64,000 nucleotides of DNA from NCBI GenBank assembly GCA_040004115.1, contig JBDUBO010000011.1, positions 77 through 64,076 of the forward strand. The letters are read 5' to 3'. Below the pieces are notes generated by a model. That model made no database searches, was not told the DNA's origin, and saw only the letters and a list, made by a program, of their open reading frames with translations. The position numbers and the translations under genes were made by a program. This document shows, piece after piece, positions 61,717 to 64,000 of this stretch (within the stretch, counting starts at the first letter, position 1; each line of letters starts with the position of its first letter). The DNA comes from Gammaproteobacteria bacterium (GTDB lineage Bacteria > Pseudomonadota > Gammaproteobacteria > Steroidobacterales > Steroidobacteraceae).

Positions 61717-62269
61717 TCACGGCGTTCAGGAAGCCGGAGCCACCTACGTCAAGGTCGTCCGGACGGAGCGTCTGGTGCTGCGTCAACTCGAATTGAGCGA
61801 CTCGCGCTTCATTCTGGAATTGTTGAATGAGGAGTCGTTTCTGCGGTTCATCGGCGATAAGGGCGTAAGGACGCTGACGGACGCGTGCGAATACATCCTG
61901 AAGGGACCCATCGACAGCTACGCGCGCTTTGGCTTCGGCCTGTACGCGGTCTGTTTGCGCGACGGCACGCCGGTAGGTATCTGTGGACTGGTCAAGCGCG
62001 ACGGCCTCGCAGATGTAGATGTGGGGTTCGCGTTTCTGGCGCGATACTGCGCGAAGGGATATGCGGTTGAATCCGCCGCAGCGGTTTTGGCTCATGCGCA
62101 CCAGGAGTTGCAAATCCGGCGTGTAGTCGCCATCACGGCCCCCGACAATGCAAAATCCATCGCGGTACTTGAGAAAATTGGGCTTAACTTCGAGTGCATG
62201 GTGAGGCTGGCAGAGCACAGTCCTGAACTCAAGTTGTATGGGATGACGTACTCCGGACATTGCCTGTGA
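61709..62269 (+). CDS. GNAT-family N-acetyltransferase (RimJ/RimL-like)
   Basis: TERLVLRQLELSD start and an acetyl-CoA motif region (FAFLARYCAKGYAVESAAAVL). Overlaps both the paiB-like and downstream genes. Confidence 0.8.
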   Translation: MPDHGVQEAGATYVKVVRTERLVLRQLELSDSRFILELLNEESFLRFIGDKGVRTLTDACEYILKGPIDSYARFGFGLYAVCLRDGTPVGICGLVKRDGLADVDVGFAFLARYCAKGYAVESAAAVLAHAHQELQIRRVVAITAPDNAKSIAVLEKIGLNFECMVRLAEHSPELKLYGMTYSGHCL

Positions 62270-62829
62270 ATAACTCCGCGGCTTCGGTGCTCGGGCTGAT
62301 CTACATCGTGTCCGAGCTGGGTCTTGCCATAAGCAAACGTGCCGCCACGGGAGCGCGCGTCCAGGATCGCGGATCCTTGACCCTGCTGTGGATGGTGATC
62401 GTTGTGAGCGTCACCCTGGCGTTCAATCTCGCGTACCAATTTCCGGCGGCCGGCATGAATGCCGTCCCTGTGTTGCGAATCGTGGGAATCGTGGTGTTCG
62501 TGGCGGGGCTAGCCATTCGCTGGTATGCCATCGTGCGGCTCGGTCGATTCTTTACCGTCAACGTCGCCATTGCTGCTGATCATCGACTTATCGACACCGG
62601 CCCTTATCGGTTAGTCAGGCATCCGTCATACACGGGTGCTCTAATGGCGTTCTTGGGGCTAGGATTGTGCCTGGCCAATTGGCTGTCATTGGTGGTGATC
62701 GTTGCGCCGATATTATTGGTATTCCTGCGGCGCATGCACATCGAGGAAGCGGCGCTTCTGCAGGCCTTTGGAGATCAGTACCGGGACTATATGCGTCGCA
62801 CCAAGCGATTGATTCCGGCCATCTATTGA
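62260..62829 (+). CDS. isoprenylcysteine carboxyl methyltransferase (ICMT/PEMT)-family membrane methyltransferase
   Basis: HRLIDTGPYRLVRHPSYTGALMAFLG and EEAALLQAFGDQYRDY motifs. Confidence 0.8.
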   Translation: MPVNNSAASVLGLIYIVSELGLAISKRAATGARVQDRGSLTLLWMVIVVSVTLAFNLAYQFPAAGMNAVPVLRIVGIVVFVAGLAIRWYAIVRLGRFFTVNVAIAADHRLIDTGPYRLVRHPSYTGALMAFLGLGLCLANWLSLVVIVAPILLVFLRRMHIEEAALLQAFGDQYRDYMRRTKRLIPAIY

Positions 62830-62843
62830 ATTGTTTTGCGGAG

Positions 62844-63284
62844 ATGACAATGCACCCCTTCCCTCATCACTACGCCGTCAATGCAGCAGTTCGCCCGGTC
62901 GGCGACGTACCGTTGTCCGCCGACGGCGTCAGGATCATCGAATCGGCTCCGCCCAAGGAATTCGACGGCCCGGGCAATCAATGGTCTCCCGAGGCGCTGC
63001 TGACGGCCGCAGTCCTGGACTGCTTTGTGCTGAGTTTTCGCGCCATCGCCACGGCGTCGAAATTTCCGTGGAACAGCCTGGAGGCGCGTACTGAAGGCAC
63101 CCTGGACCGTGTCGATGGCAAAATGCGCTTCACCCGTTTCGACACGCATGCCAAGTTGCAGGTACCCGCCGGCACGGATATCGAACGCGCCAAGAAACTG
63201 CTCGAGAAGGCCGAAACCACCTGTCTGGTCGCCAACTCGCTAACCAGCGAACGTCACCTCACCGCCGAAATCGTCGCAGTCTGA
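62844..63284 (+). CDS. OsmC/Ohr-family protein
   Basis: WSPEALLTAAVLDCFVLSF and AETTCLVANSL contain the two conserved Cys of OsmC-like proteins. Start at ATG 62844 inside the supplied ORF. Confidence 0.8.
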   Translation: MTMHPFPHHYAVNAAVRPVGDVPLSADGVRIIESAPPKEFDGPGNQWSPEALLTAAVLDCFVLSFRAIATASKFPWNSLEARTEGTLDRVDGKMRFTRFDTHAKLQVPAGTDIERAKKLLEKAETTCLVANSLTSERHLTAEIVAV

Positions 63285-63332
63285 TTACGCCTACTTGGCG
63301 TTGAACCGCTTGACGGCTGGAATACTGCAAAA

Positions 63333-63395
63333 GGGGTAAGGACTCACCGGGCGGGCACTGGCGGATTCAGTGCCCGCCCGGTGAGTCCTTACCCC
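63333..63395. terminator. 27-bp perfect inverted repeat (9-nt loop); probable bidirectional terminator between the osmC-like gene and rpoD
   Basis: GGGGTAAGGACTCACCGGGCGGGCACT (63333-59) and its exact complement AGTGCCCGCCCGGTGAGTCCTTACCCC (63369-95). TTT follows on the plus strand and TTTT on the minus strand. Confidence 0.6.
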
Positions 63396-63430
63396 TTTCC
63401 CGGTGTTCCAAGCGCCGAACGGTTCGCCGA

Positions 63431-64000
<570 letters not shown>

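Overview
High-GC proteobacterial chromosomal segment; the rpoD fragment at the right edge looks gamma/beta-proteobacterial. I call about 65 protein genes, mostly housekeeping or metabolic: sulfite reductase cysI plus DUF934, rluF, dsbD, ilvA, a Ser/Thr kinase with TPR repeats, hrpB, transporters, and a 4-hydroxyproline catabolic cluster with a co-directional array of peptidase-like genes. No rRNA genes, CRISPR arrays, transposases or integrases were seen. The strongest non-standard signal is a tRNA(CAU) gene at 30370-30674, most like tRNA-Ile2. Its anticodon loop is split by a 231-nt ORF-less group I intron of the Azoarcus/Anabaena IC3 type, which ordinary tRNA and gene finders would probably miss. 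Downstream of that tRNA lies an accessory-looking stretch with collapsed gene relics (an ArsR/SRPBCC pair and a TIR 5' fragment). Other second-look items:
- a candidate iron-regulated operon encoding a porin, a free-standing FMN-binding protein and ApbE
- a Tat-exported flavin amine oxidase translationally coupled to a cytochrome c (NicA2/CycN-like)
- two paralogous alpha/beta-fold proteins without a nucleophile
- an orphan CheD-like protein lacking the catalytic Cys
- a small (Gly-Thr)9 glycine-zipper protein encoded by a hexanucleotide microsatellite
- an AT-richer orphan gene
- a 27-bp perfect hairpin between osmC-like and rpoD
All family assignments come from motif recognition by eye, without database searches. 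Starts refined inside the supplied ORFs are inferences.
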